From: Eledone cirrhosa
Taxonomy: Eukaryota
Assembly: GCA_964016885.1 (NCBI GenBank)
Contig: OZ024759.1
Coordinates: 36,456,001-36,520,000 of the forward strand
Direction of reading: 5' to 3'
Length of the DNA stretch: 64,000 bases
The position numbers and the translations under genes were made by a program. The notes under the pieces were generated by a model that was given only the letters and a program-made list of their open reading frames with translations, did no database searches and was not told where the DNA came from. Positions within the stretch are counted from its first letter, which is position 1, and every line of letters starts with the position of its first letter. Shown in pieces: positions 48,131-61,876 of the stretch.

Positions 48131-49854
48131 AATTATTGTGTACAGTGTTCAGGTGCACTACAACTCATCAAAGGTGCATGTATAGTACATAGAATAATGT
48201 ACAAATGTCAAGAAAATAAACAGTGTACGAGTTATAAAATACATGTGTGCGTATGTATGGCGGGGTGATATCAGGTGTAATGTTGGCAAATCTCAGGAAG
48301 CACAGAGGTTTTAAAGGATGCAGTGTCTAGGTAGTTTGTTCCATGCTTCAGCAACTTTGAGCATGAAAAAATGTTTCCAAAAGTCATGGGAACTGTGCTG
48401 TTTTCTGACTTTGTAGACATGCCCACGTGTGTTAGACACATGGAAATCAAAAAAGGTACTCAGGGTTGTTGTTGGCAAGATGGTTAATAATGTTGTGGGT
48501 GTTTACCAAGTCAGTTGCCAGACATCGGAGCTTCAATGTATCCATGCCCAGAGAAGCAAGCTGTTCAGAGTATGATAGATGCCTGATGGAGGGTATTCGC
48601 TTGGTTGCATGTCCAGGTGGTCAATGTTCTGAGCAAGATAGGGGTTCCATACATATATCTATGTCAGATATTTCCCTATATCATATACCTATTCTATATA
48701 TCTGTCTTTCTCATCTATGTTGTTCAATCAATCTATGCCATCTACCTATTCTATCTACCTATTCTATCTACCTATTCTATCTACCTATTCTATCTACCTA
48801 TTCTATCTAATCTATCTATCTATCTATCTAAAGTTTCTAACCACCTCACCTATGTTGTTCAATCTATCTATCTATCTATCTATATGTATTATCTAGGTTA
48901 TTCAATCTATTTATTTAATGAATTTGCCTCGTTCTCTTTAGCTGTAATATACACCCAGTGTATATATAAATGACCAAACACTGGTATTTTGTTTCAACAT
49001 CCTGTGAGACATACTTCAACAGAAATTCGAACTCAATGAAGGCTTCTATCTCACGCTCGAATGACTTTCAATCCATAGATCTAATCTAATTTAAAACAAC
49101 AACCGTAGTGGAAAATTTCCTTTAAATCATCATCACCGTTTTATGTCCGTTCTTCCACGCTAGCATGGGTTAGACAGGTTGTCCTGTTGTGGCAGTGTCC
49201 AGTCAGCTGACCTTGTCTTGCTCATACGGGAACAAGACAAGGTCAGTCGATTGGACACTGCCCACAACAGGACCACCCATCTAACCCATGCTAGCGTGGA
49301 AGAATATAGTCACAAAAAGATTAAAGGATATCAGTCTGTTATTTCTAGTAAGTCAAGAGACCATGTAGAGGTTCTTCCTTGGTTCATTGTTTAGGAACAA
49401 CAACCAACAAGACAACACCACCGTCACTACCACCAATACTAACACCAGCACAACCAACAACAACACCAACACAACCAACAACAACAACAACACCACCACC
49501 AAATGGTGATGTAGTCTCAAGCTTTTAAGAATCCCCTCAAGGTAACCACCAACAATTACTATACAACCTTAATCTGGTGGTGGTGTGGTGACAGTGGTGG
49601 TGATGGTGACAGTGGTGGTGCTGGTGTTGGAGACAGTGGTGGTGGTGTGGTGATAGTGGTGGTGGTGTTGGAAACAGTGGTGGTAGTGGGGTTTGACACA
49701 GTGGTGGTGTGGAAGTTCACCTAATTATATAAAGGATAACAGAAGCTAAGACAAGGCAACGAAAACACACACACATATGTATATATATATATATATATAT
49801 AAACATATATACATATATACCCATATACATATATATATATATACGCACATATAA

Positions 49855-49889
<35 letters not shown>

Positions 49890-50479
49890 CATCTCTCCCA
49901 CCAAAGTCCCCACCCCACACTGTGAAGTGGTCGTGTAGGCGTCACAACAATAAGCACCCAGCACACACTGTAAATGTAGTTGATATTAGGAAGGACATTC
50001 AGCTGTAGAAAACAAGCCAAAATCAGTTCCGTGTATGTGAATCATATATATATATATATATAGGAACCAGTAAGACCCCCGTATGCAAGCCGGTAACGGG
50101 GGTCTTACTGGTTCCTATTACCCACTCTACTACCTCAAGTATTGAGTACTTTGGTGCGTTATGGTCCACCTGGTTCCTTACCACATTTCCTTCGTTATAT
50201 ATATATATATATATATATAATTGGAGGCTTAGTAAAATCGAATCTCTGGCTGTGGGCAAGCAAATTCGACCTACTATATGAATGAGTTAGCAAAGCACTC
50301 GACAAGGTAGGTCCTTAGAGTAATAACATATGTTTAAATAGCTTGACAAATTGAACATTGTGGTAGGCAAAATCTAACACACAATACCAAAGTAACGAAA
50401 GAACTAACAGGTTGAAAAAATACACCTGGACAAATCAAACGTTATACGTTTAAAGTGTTTCTATGAATCCGAAATCAAT

Positions 50480-50516
<37 letters not shown>

Positions 50517-51599
50517 AATTGTTTCTACTTTAGGCACAAGGCCAGCAATTACCCAGTGCATTACTGGTACTTTATTTTATCGACCCCGTAAGGATGAAAG
50601 GCAAAGTCAACCTCGGCGGGATTTGAACTCAGATCGTAAAGGGACGTAACTATGCTGGAAAGCATGGCGTCCGACCCTCTACCGATACTGCCAATCCACC
50701 GCCATATATATATATATATACAATAATGAGAAGTACACAAATATATGTGTATACATACATATACACACATACATTTTTCACACATACATTTTTCACAAGT
50801 ATGTGAGATTGTGTGTTGTCAACCTTAACCAGTGTTGCTCTATGATTATGAGAGACAAAATTGACTATATCAGAGCTATGTAATATATTATAAAGTAAGA
50901 AGAAATATTAGACAAATAAATATCCATTTTTTTTTCTAATTCCCGACTGTACAGTTTCGTGGCTACTATGCAAAAATCCTACATCATAAAGATGTAACAT
51001 TTTTGTGAGGTAGGCCAACTTTTCAAGGGAACACCTCAGGGAAAAATTTCATTATATATATATATAAATATATATATATATAAATCATCATCATCATCTA
51101 AGTACAAAGCGAAACCTACAGTCAGTAGGCACCTCTAACAAAAACATACACTGCTCCTGCGGAACCCTTTGATTAAAATGAAATATACTTATCCAAGTAC
51201 CCTAGGCAATGTAGTTTCAGAATATATATGGTTATGGGGGTCTATCTCCAAAACCATAGGAAGAGTTTGTGAAATCTTGTTCCATTTATTGACCCAAATT
51301 TTCACTATAGGGAGTTTAAACCCCCCATTGAGGTGTCTTAAAATTATTGAAATTTGCTGAAATTTTGTGAACAGGCACCATATCTTATCATTTACCTATG
51401 GTTTAAATTTCATATAAATCGAAGGGAAAAGATTTTCAGCAGGGGTTTGTGCCCTTGGGGAACCCTTTGATTAAAATGAAATATACTTATCCAAGTACCC
51501 TAGGCAATGTAGTTTCAGAATATATATGGTTATGGGGGTCTATCTCCAAAACTATAGGAGAAGTTCGTGAACAAACAAACAGACAGGAATACAACTTTA

Positions 51600-51653
<54 letters not shown>

Positions 51654-51734
51654 TATACATATATATACATATATACATATATATACATATATATACATAT
51701 ATATACATATATATACATATATATACATATATAT

Positions 51735-51880
51735 TTATTTCTGAAGACGGCATATATATGTGTTGGTATGTATATTTAATTTTGATAGTTTGTATAATTT
51801 TGTATAATTTTGTACATAGATCTGTTGAATATGCATGCCAATTCTAACACATATATATCCTAGAAACGATCGTTAAATAA
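51735..51880 (+). ncRNA. Type I hammerhead ribozyme motif with ~115-nt stem II domain
   Basis: TTATTT-CTGAAGA-CGGCATATATATGTGTTGG...CTAACACATATATATCCTA-GAA-ACGATCGT-T-AAATAA. Truncated inverted copy at ~15415-15543. Confidence 0.7.
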
Positions 51881-52149
51881 TGAACTTTTTTTGTTTAATA
51901 TAAGGAACTGTTTCATTGTTTTATTCATTATTTTTTTAATATTTTATCTTGACTCTGTATTCCGTTTATCTTTCACCGAAAGTGATTTTTCATTGCATCT
52001 CTTCTTTCCATGATATCCGGATTACATTGAGTTCTTCATACGGATTGGACACTACCGTAAACTCTTGGTAGATTTATCTACATATATATACATATATATA
52101 TATACATATGTATATATATATATATATACATACATATACATATATATAC

Positions 52150-52180
<31 letters not shown>

Positions 52181-52202
52181 CATACATATATATACATATG
52201 TA

Positions 52203-52240
<38 letters not shown>

Positions 52241-52885
52241 CATATATATACATATGTATATATATATATATATATATACATATATATACATATATATACA
52301 TATGTATATATATACATATATATACATATGTATATATATACATATATATACATATGTATATATATACATATATATACATATATATACATACATATATATA
52401 CATATATATACATATGTATATATATATATATATATACATATATATACATATGTATATATATATATATATATATACATATATATACATATATATACATATG
52501 TATACATATATATACATATATATACATATGTATACATATATATACATATGTATACATATATATATACATATGTATACATATATATACATATATATATATA
52601 CATATATATACATATATATATATACATATATATACATATATATATATACATATATATACATATATATATATACATATACATATATATATATACATATATA
52701 TATACATATATATATACATATATATATACATATATATATACATATGTATATATATATATACATATATATACATATATATACATATATATACATATATATA
52801 CATATATATACATATATATACATATATATATACATATATATACATATGTATATACATATATATACATATGTATATATATATATAC

Positions 52886-52916
<31 letters not shown>

Positions 52917-52927
52917 CATATATATAC

Positions 52928-53008
<81 letters not shown>

Positions 53009-53019
53009 CATATATATAC

Positions 53020-53050
<31 letters not shown>

Positions 53051-53051
53051 C

Positions 53052-53158
<107 letters not shown>

Positions 53159-53616
53159 CAAACATATATATATATGTGGTGATTGCTTCATTTTTGTAGA
53201 TGATTGCTGTCTCTCTGTGCACCCTGATCAATTGTCAGCACATCCAGACTTCTGTTTGTGGCCTCTTAGATAGCTTTTAAGTCCAGCTTTAGATTTGCTC
53301 GGTCTGCAGCAAATGTGACAGACAAAAGATGTGCCCTCTATTAGATTGATTGGGTCAGCTTGTGGGATGTCATCCCTATGTACCCTCACATGCTTTTTAA
53401 GACCAGAAAATTGATTTGCAGATCTTTTTGCACACCACACGTCTCACCTAGTAATAGAGGGATAGAGCTGCATACAGTTCGCTTTCTATGTGATTTTAAA
53501 TGAGTGATGTACATATATATATATATGTATACATATATATGTAATGATATGTACATATATATATATATGTATACATATATATGTAATGATATATATATAT
53601 ATATATATATACATGT

Positions 53617-53872
53617 GAAGGCGCATGGCTTAGTGGTTAAAGCATTGGGCTTGCAATTGAAAGGTTATGAGTTCAATTCTCAGACCGGGTGATGCGTTGT
53701 TTCCTTGAGCAAGACACTTTATTTCACGTTGCTCCAGTTTACTCAGTTGTAGAAATGAGTACCGGCCTGCCCGCCCAGCCAGTGGGATGGCGTTATCTTA
53801 TGGCTAAAATAGCACGACGTGCTGTGACCAGCGGCACCGATTGGCACCCGACAGGCTGCTCGGTCAAGGTGA
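53617..53872 (+). mobile_element. Second tRNA-derived SINE family (CORE-like segment)
   Basis: A box TGGCTTAGTGG, B box GAGTTCAATTC, TCCTTGAGCAAGACACTT core. Its tail recurs inverted at 9733-9830; head/core fragments at ~10490-10605, 21575-21630 and 42320-42430. Confidence 0.7.
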
Positions 53873-53938
53873 TATATATACATATATATGTATACATATA
53901 TATGTAAATATATATATATGTATATATATATATGTAAA

Positions 53939-53979
<41 letters not shown>

Positions 53980-54017
53980 GTAAATATATATACATATATA
54001 TATATGTATATATATAC

Positions 54018-54487
54018 CACTATTAGCCGCTAGAGGGTTCTCCCTAAAAATGAAAGGCAGGTTATACGATGCCTGCATACGAACAGCAATGCTGCATGGC
54101 AGTGAGACCTGGGCATTGTGTGCAGAGGATATACGCAGACTAGAGAGGAACGAAGCTTGCATGCTCCGCTGGATGTGCAATAGTAATATACGTGAACGGC
54201 AAAGCATAAACGAACTAAGGAAAAAATTAGAAATAAGAGGGATCAGATGTTGTTTACTCGAGAGAAGGCTACGTTGGTACGGTCACGTGATGCGCATGAA
54301 AGACGACAGCTGTATAACAAAGTGCAGGGCAATAAAGATAGACGGTAGCCACGGAGTAGGCAGACCCAGAAAAACATGGGACGAGCTGATAAATTCCGAC
54401 CTCACACGCTTACACCTCTCCAAGACAATGTCACTGGACCGAGACCTTTGGCGGTACTCAGTAATAGAGAAGACCCGCCTTACCTAA
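54018..54487 (+). mobile_element. RTE-clade LINE 3' fragment
   Basis: [20 protein letters not shown]...MLRWM...[11 protein letters not shown]...GRPRKTW. Degenerate relatives at ~5830-6490 (+), 5460-5770 (-), 10280-10415 (-) and 20050-20225 (-). Confidence 0.85.
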
Positions 54488-55614
54488 ATACAAAGTAAAA
54501 ACCTACTACAGTCAGTAGGCATCTCTATCAAAACACACCCCCGTCCCACCACCTCCACCCCACCCACACCGCCCCTTTCAATGTAAAGTTATGTTGGTCC
54601 CACAACATCCAGGCCGAAACAAATGAGATCGTGTAGGTGTCACGACAAAAAACACACAGTCCACGCTGTAAATGTGGCCGTGTAGGCAACACGGTAAAAA
54701 CCTCCCAGCCCCACACTGTAAATGTGGTTGGTGTTAGGAAGGGCATCCAGCTGTAGAAAACCCGCCAGACAGTCCACGCTGTAATGTGGCCGTGTAGGCA
54801 ACACGGTAAAAACCTCCCAGCCCCACACTGTAAATGTGGTTGGTGTTAGGAAGGGCATCCAACTGTAGAAAACCCGCCAGACAGTCCTATGCGAGCAAGA
54901 CAACCACTCTTGCCTCAAGTGGGAAAACCCCCGTCCAAACCCATGCAAGCGTGGAACACGGACGCTAAACCTGATGATGATGATGATGATATATACATAT
55001 ATATGTATACATATATATGTATATATATGTATACATATATATGCATATATATATACATATATATGTATACATATATATGTATATATATGTATATATATAT
55101 ACATATATATGTATACATATATACATATATATGTATACATATATATGTATATATATGTATATATATATACATATATATGTATACATATATACATATATAT
55201 GTATACATATATACATATATATGTATACATATATACATATATATGTATACATATATACATATATATGTATACATATATATGTATACATATATACATATAT
55301 ATGTATACATATATATGTATATATATATATACATATATATGTATACATATATACATATATATGTATACATATATATGTATATATATGTATATATATATAC
55401 ATATATATGTATACATATATATGTATATATATGTATATATATATACATATATATGTATACATATATATGTATATATATGTATACATATATACATATATAT
55501 GTATATATATATACATATATATGTATACATATATATGTATATATATGTATACATATATACATATATATGTATACATATATACATATATATGTATACATAT
55601 ATACATATATATGT

Positions 55615-55666
<52 letters not shown>

Positions 55667-55702
55667 GTATACATATATATACATATATATATATATGTAT
55701 AC

Positions 55703-55733
<31 letters not shown>

Positions 55734-55784
55734 CATATATATATATACATATATATATATATACATATATATATATATGTATAC

Positions 55785-55821
<37 letters not shown>

Positions 55822-56144
55822 CATATATATATGTATACATATATATATATATATACATATATATATGTATACATATATATATATATATACATATATATAT
55901 GTATACATATATATATATATACATATATATATACATATATATATATATACATATATATATGTATACATATATATATATATATGTATACATATATATATAT
56001 ATATGTATACATATATATATATATATATGTATACATATATATATATATATGTATACATATATATATATATATATATGTATACATATATATATATATATGT
56101 ATACATATATATATATATATGTATACATATATATATATATATGT

Positions 56145-56193
<49 letters not shown>

Positions 56194-56245
56194 CATATAT
56201 ATATATGTATACATATATATATATATATATTGTATATATGTATAC

Positions 56246-56279
<34 letters not shown>

Positions 56280-56288
56280 GTATACATA

Positions 56289-56448
<160 letters not shown>

Positions 56449-57081
56449 CATATATATGTATACATATATATATACATATATATGTATACATATATATATA
56501 CATATATATGGATACATATATATATACATATATATGTATACATATATAAATGGAAAAAATGAAATGTAATTTCATTTCTCACTCTTAGTACGGCTGTTAC
56601 TTAAATATAAGTATGTATATATATACATATATATGTGTACATATATATGTATGTATATATATGAGTACATATATACAGATATATATGTACACACACACAC
56701 ATATATATATATATATGTATACATATATATGTGTACATATATACATACATATATATACACACACACACATACACACATGCAATGAATGTTTGAATGTTTA
56801 TGAAGAACATGGCCTCAGGGATGATAACATAATCAGAACCTGCTGCCCACAATAAAACTATATATACATACATATATATATATATATATTTCCCCTTTGG
56901 TATTCATCGTTGCTATTGTTATATACTATGTTCTATATACACCTGGTCTATATATTACTCATTGTCTTCCTCATATATAACTTAATGAGTTTACTCTGAT
57001 GGTGGAATTAATTCATTTCTTGCATCACTGAGTGCTTAGGGACTGCCTCAAATAATTTGCCTCGTGTCTGCCCTACCACAA

Positions 57082-57301
57082 CTCCCGAATGAAACAGTTC
57101 TAGTCCTGTAGAAGCTTTTCTATATTAAATATTTATACTCTGCTATGTATTGAGTTCCTTACTTACTGTGGTTACCCCCGATTGAACCCGGGATAAACTT
57201 ATCTTTTAACACTTTACTGTGCCCCTTTTAACCATCACTAGGGCTTCCTGATGATTTCTCCTGAATGAAACAGTTCTAGTCCTGTAGAAGCCATTTCTAT
57301 G

Positions 57302-57303
<2 letters not shown>
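57082..57303 (+). mobile_element. Retrozyme-like non-autonomous element, ~1.25 tandem copies of a ~176-bp unit
   Basis: GAATGAAACAGTTCTAGTCCTGTAGAAGC occurs at ~57087 and ~57263. Other family fragments at 14057-14157 (+), 13508-13617 (-) and 1318-1357 (-); diverged relative at 58565-58847. Confidence 0.65.
57242..57292 (+). ncRNA. Type I hammerhead ribozyme motif in retrozyme-like unit
   Basis: GGCTTC-CTGATGA-TTTC tcct GAAT-GAA-ACAG ttctagtc CTGT-A-GAAGCC. Confidence 0.8.
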
Positions 57304-57337
<34 letters not shown>

Positions 57338-57484
57338 CAGTAACTTCACGTTACACTCCCTGTGTGTCTGTGTATGTATATATATAATAATTCCATCTTC
57401 AGTACATATTCCTCTCTGAAATATATATCTAGTATATATAGAATATACTGCGTTTTCTCTAAGATATATGGTTCTTTCTCTCTC

Positions 57485-57545
<61 letters not shown>

Positions 57546-57719
57546 ATTTATATATATATATATTTATATATATATATATACGAGATTATAAGGTAATATC
57601 TTACCAATGAAAAGCTCAATGCATTTTTTTTATTAGACCTTCATAAGTAAATATATATATAAATATATATATGATTCTTTTCCTATATATATATTTATTA
57701 AAATAACATACATTTCTTT

Positions 57720-57750
<31 letters not shown>

Positions 57751-57753
<3 letters not shown>

Positions 57754-58045
57754 TGTTATACTTTGGGAGGGTAATGTTGCCAATAAGAAACACACGCACC
57801 AGTTGCTTTCACTTCAATTTATTATAATAAATTTATAAATTTCCGGTTGGTTGGTTGGTTCCACAACCAGATGATTGTTTATATAATCATCTGGTTTATA
57901 TAATCATCTGGTTTATATAATCATCTGGTTGTGGAACCAACCAACCAACCGGAAATTTATAAATTTATTATAATAAATTGAAGTGAAAGCAACTGGTGGG
58001 TGTGTTTCTTATTAGCAATGTGACCCTCCCAAAGTATAACAATAT
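57751..58045. repeat. Inverted repeat (~120-bp arms) with a central 18-bp tandem triplication
   Basis: TATTGTTATACTTTGGGAGGG...CCACAACCAGATGATT is mirrored downstream; centre is (TTTATATAATCATCTGG-like) x3. Confidence 0.85.
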
Positions 58046-58099
58046 CGGTTTCAACACACGTTTTCAGATAAAGAATCTTGCTTAACAAATTCAGAAACG

Positions 58100-58151
<52 letters not shown>

Positions 58152-58315
58152 CTTCGTATCAACGACTGGAAGCTGAGCGGGCTTCAAATAGCCAATGAGG
58201 ACATGTACAATGAAAAAAAAACAATGAAATATTTTTTTACAAATTCATAACCTATTGGACGCACCCTGGACATTGAGAAAAAAAGAATTTTAGTACATTT
58301 CTTTATAAATTTATG

Positions 58316-58361
<46 letters not shown>

Positions 58362-58919
58362 GAAATGTACTAATATATATATATATATAAACTAGTGGGG
58401 CAGCACTGCCAATAATGACGTCATTAGCTTTGAACGTATTACATTTTTGGAGTCCTGGAAATACTGCGCCATAGCTTGGTGGTTAGAGTGTTCGGCTCAC
58501 AGTGTTAAGGTCGTGAGTTCGATATATATATATATATATATATATATGTGAGTGTGCATTTGTGTATTAAGAATGGTTTTCCGAAGAGAAATGGAATGGA
58601 ACCACAGTTGACTAAGAAGGTAGTCAATGCATTTGTAGAGAAAGTACAAATTTATTTCACATAGAAATGATTTCTACATGACTAGAGCTGTTTCGTTCGT
58701 TTTAAATCATCAGAACGAACGAAACAGTTCTAGCCCAGTAAAAACCATTTTTATATGAATATAAATTTGTACCTTCTCTACAAATGTGTTGGCTTCATAT
58801 TTAACTGTGGTAACCCTTCCATTTCTCTTCGGAAAACCATTCTTAATCATATATATATATATATATATAATCAGTTACAACTGACATATACAGGTACTTA
58901 AGTTTCGTTGGGTTGTTTA

Positions 58920-58950
<31 letters not shown>

Positions 58951-59521
58951 TGCAGGGGTGGATATGTGTGTATATGTATATATATATATATATATATTTT
59001 TTTTTTCGTTATTTCAATTACGTGTTTTTGGGGGGTTTTTGCTCATGTGACGTAATGATTAAAAGAAAATCAAAACAAACTTCTTTGGAGATGCGACAAT
59101 TAAAACAAATACCATAATTAAATTTTAAAAAATTGATTAACAGTTAACACATTATTAATCTGACCTTATATAATTTATCTAGGTTTTCGAAAAAAATCGG
59201 TAAAATATAAACCTGAATTAATTCACATTATTTATATTCCAAGAAAGGAAAATACGAAAAAGAGAAAATAAAACTACAAACCTCGTGTATGTTAAATAAA
59301 ATCTTAATGGTTTCTCTTTTCTTATTTTAAAAAATATAGTTTGGGAATGTGATTTCGTCTCTCTCAGACCTTCGTTCTTATAATGATTGTCTGTGATAAA
59401 GATTTTCGCAGCAATGTTGATTGGGAAGTCGAGGTTTTGTAACCTGGTAATAAAGCCATGAGGTGTTGATGCGACAGTGAAAAGACGAAAGCTTGTCTCT
59501 TACAGTATTCAGTAACCAAAC

Positions 59522-59559
<38 letters not shown>

Positions 59560-59714
59560 TTATTTATATAGGAAAATATATATATATAACAATTACCCAG
59601 GGCACAGTTGAAGGAGGAAGGGCGAAGAAGAGCCAGACGAAACAAAAATATCTTGGTTTGATGAGACACAATGGACAGGACAGGTCTAAAGAGTGCGACC
59701 TTTTAGTTAGTGTA

Positions 59715-60335
59715 TGATGGAGGACAGAGATTTGTGGCGATTGCTGACTGAGGACAGAGACATGTAGTGATTGCTCACTGCTAGAGCTGGTCTGACAACA
59801 CCAAGTACTGGACACTAGACTGTGACCTTTGGCGATTGTTCACTGCTAGAGCTGATCTGACAACACCAAGTACTGGACACTAGACTGTGACCTTTGGCGA
59901 TTGCTCACTGCTAGAGCTGGTCTGACAACACCAAGTACTGGACTGGCCACTAGACTGTGACCCCTTCTGTGTATAATGAAGGACAGAGACCAATGGCGAT
60001 CATTGACTGTCAGAGAGGGTCTGACAACATCAAAGACTGGACAGACCACAATACTGTGACCCCTTCTGTGTATGAGAGACGGGTGGCGTCTACTGTCAGA
60101 GCTGATTTGACAACACTGGACTGGTCACAACATTGACCCTTCTGTGTATGAGACCAGTGGTGATTGCTGGACAGGCCACAATACTGAGAACCTTCTGTGT
60201 ATGACAAAGGACTGAGACCAATGGTGATGGTTGATTGCTAGAGTTGGTCTGACAACACCAAGTACTGGACAGGTCACAAAACTGTGACCCTTCTCTGTTT
60301 GATGAAGGACAGAGACCAATGGTTACTGCTGACTG
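59715..60335. repeat. Degenerate tandem repeat, ~60-95-bp units
   Basis: Recurrent CTAGAGCTGGTCTGACAACACCAAGTACTGGAC...ACTGTGACC. Confidence 0.8.
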
Positions 60336-61876
60336 CCAAAACATGTAAAGTGGTCCCGCCACTCAACGATTTCCTGCACCAGGTACGGGAAGATGGTGGT
60401 GACTATGAATATAGTTAGTTCAATCCAAAATCAATTTAAATGTCCATAGAGAGCTAGTGATCCATGACGGACTAGGAGAAGTATCTAGTACCCTTTACAA
60501 TTAAGAAACAATCAAGAAAAAGAACCAAAAACGAATGACAACGGGAAACAAAAGAAGAAAAATTATGAAGAAAAAAAAAGGGTGGAAAACATGGACATTT
60601 ATAAAATAGCTAGAATATTAATAACAACAAAGGTTCCTTTTAGACATTCTCTGGTTCTGTTGTAATTTACTGAATTTACTTTGTTTTTAATTCAAACCAC
60701 GAAGAAAACATCGCGAGTGATATATATATATATAGCAGGTGTCACTACCAAGTAAACAACAATATATGAATGACATGGTAAATAAATTAGTGAGTAAATA
60801 AGAAGAAATATACATGAAAGTGACAAAGAAAATATATTTCATCGCAGAACACTTTTTTCCTTTCTTTCTTTCATGAAAGAGAGAGATAGAGAAGAAGAAA
60901 GATAGGAAAATAACAAAGAATTACGAACCTCATTAAGAAATTTTATGTAACGGATAAGACGAGACGATGTTATCTTCTTGTGTTCAAATATATATATATA
61001 TATATTATATGTTATCTTCCTGTGTGTTAAAAAAAAATATATATATATATTATATGTTATCTTCTTGTGTTCAAATAATATATATATATATCATGTTATC
61101 TTCTTGTGTTCATATATATATATATTTATTATGTTATCTTCTTGTGTTCATATATATATATCACTCACTGTCTTCTTTCAGCCCCCTCACTCTCTTCGAC
61201 ACGCCTGCTTTTTTCTAACCTTCTGTATAATGAACATTAGCGACGACTAATAATTACTAGTTTCATTGAGTAGTAGTAGTGATAATAGTTGTGGTGGTGG
61301 TGGTAGTAGTAGTACGGGGGTGGGGGTGATAGTAGTAGTGGTAATAGTAGTAGCAGCAGCAGTATTATTGGCAATAATGATAGTGTCAATAGTAGCAGCA
61401 GTAGTAATAGTAGCAGCAGTAGTAATAGTAGCAGTAGTAGTAATAATAGTATTAGCAGTAGTAATAGTAATAGTAGTGGTTGTAGGATGAAGGAAGAAAT
61501 ATCAATGACTACCTATCTCCTCTCCGGCGAACTGCAAAAAGGTAGATAGGTGTAGATAAGATGGAGAGAGAGAGAGATAAGTGTTTGAGACATAACAGAC
61601 ATCTGTTCACATCTCACGTCCCACCGGTTTCTTTGCTTGCTTCTCTGTCTGATAAGATGTAATAAAGAAAGGTGTCTGCCGTAAACCGTAAACTGTCGCT
61701 CGACATAAAATGTATTATAAGACTATATAATATAACTAACTGGCCCCGTGTCGTCAAGAATGACCGCTAATTGTAATATCTATACATAATATCAAAAAAA
61801 AGAGATGTTTGTTTGTTGGTTGGTTCTTTCGCCCTCACTCACACAGGTGATACAAACATAAAAACCTTTCTCGGGC

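Noticed and set aside
49012-49085. Coding exon of the IP3 kinase
   Set aside because: It has splice-like ends but stop codons in all three frames; at most a 5' UTR exon.
53228-53440. Host C2H2 zinc-finger gene ([21 protein letters not shown])
   Set aside because: An isolated degenerate finger between microsatellites, resembling the C-terminal zinc finger of RTE-type LINEs (similar relic at 8318-8520).
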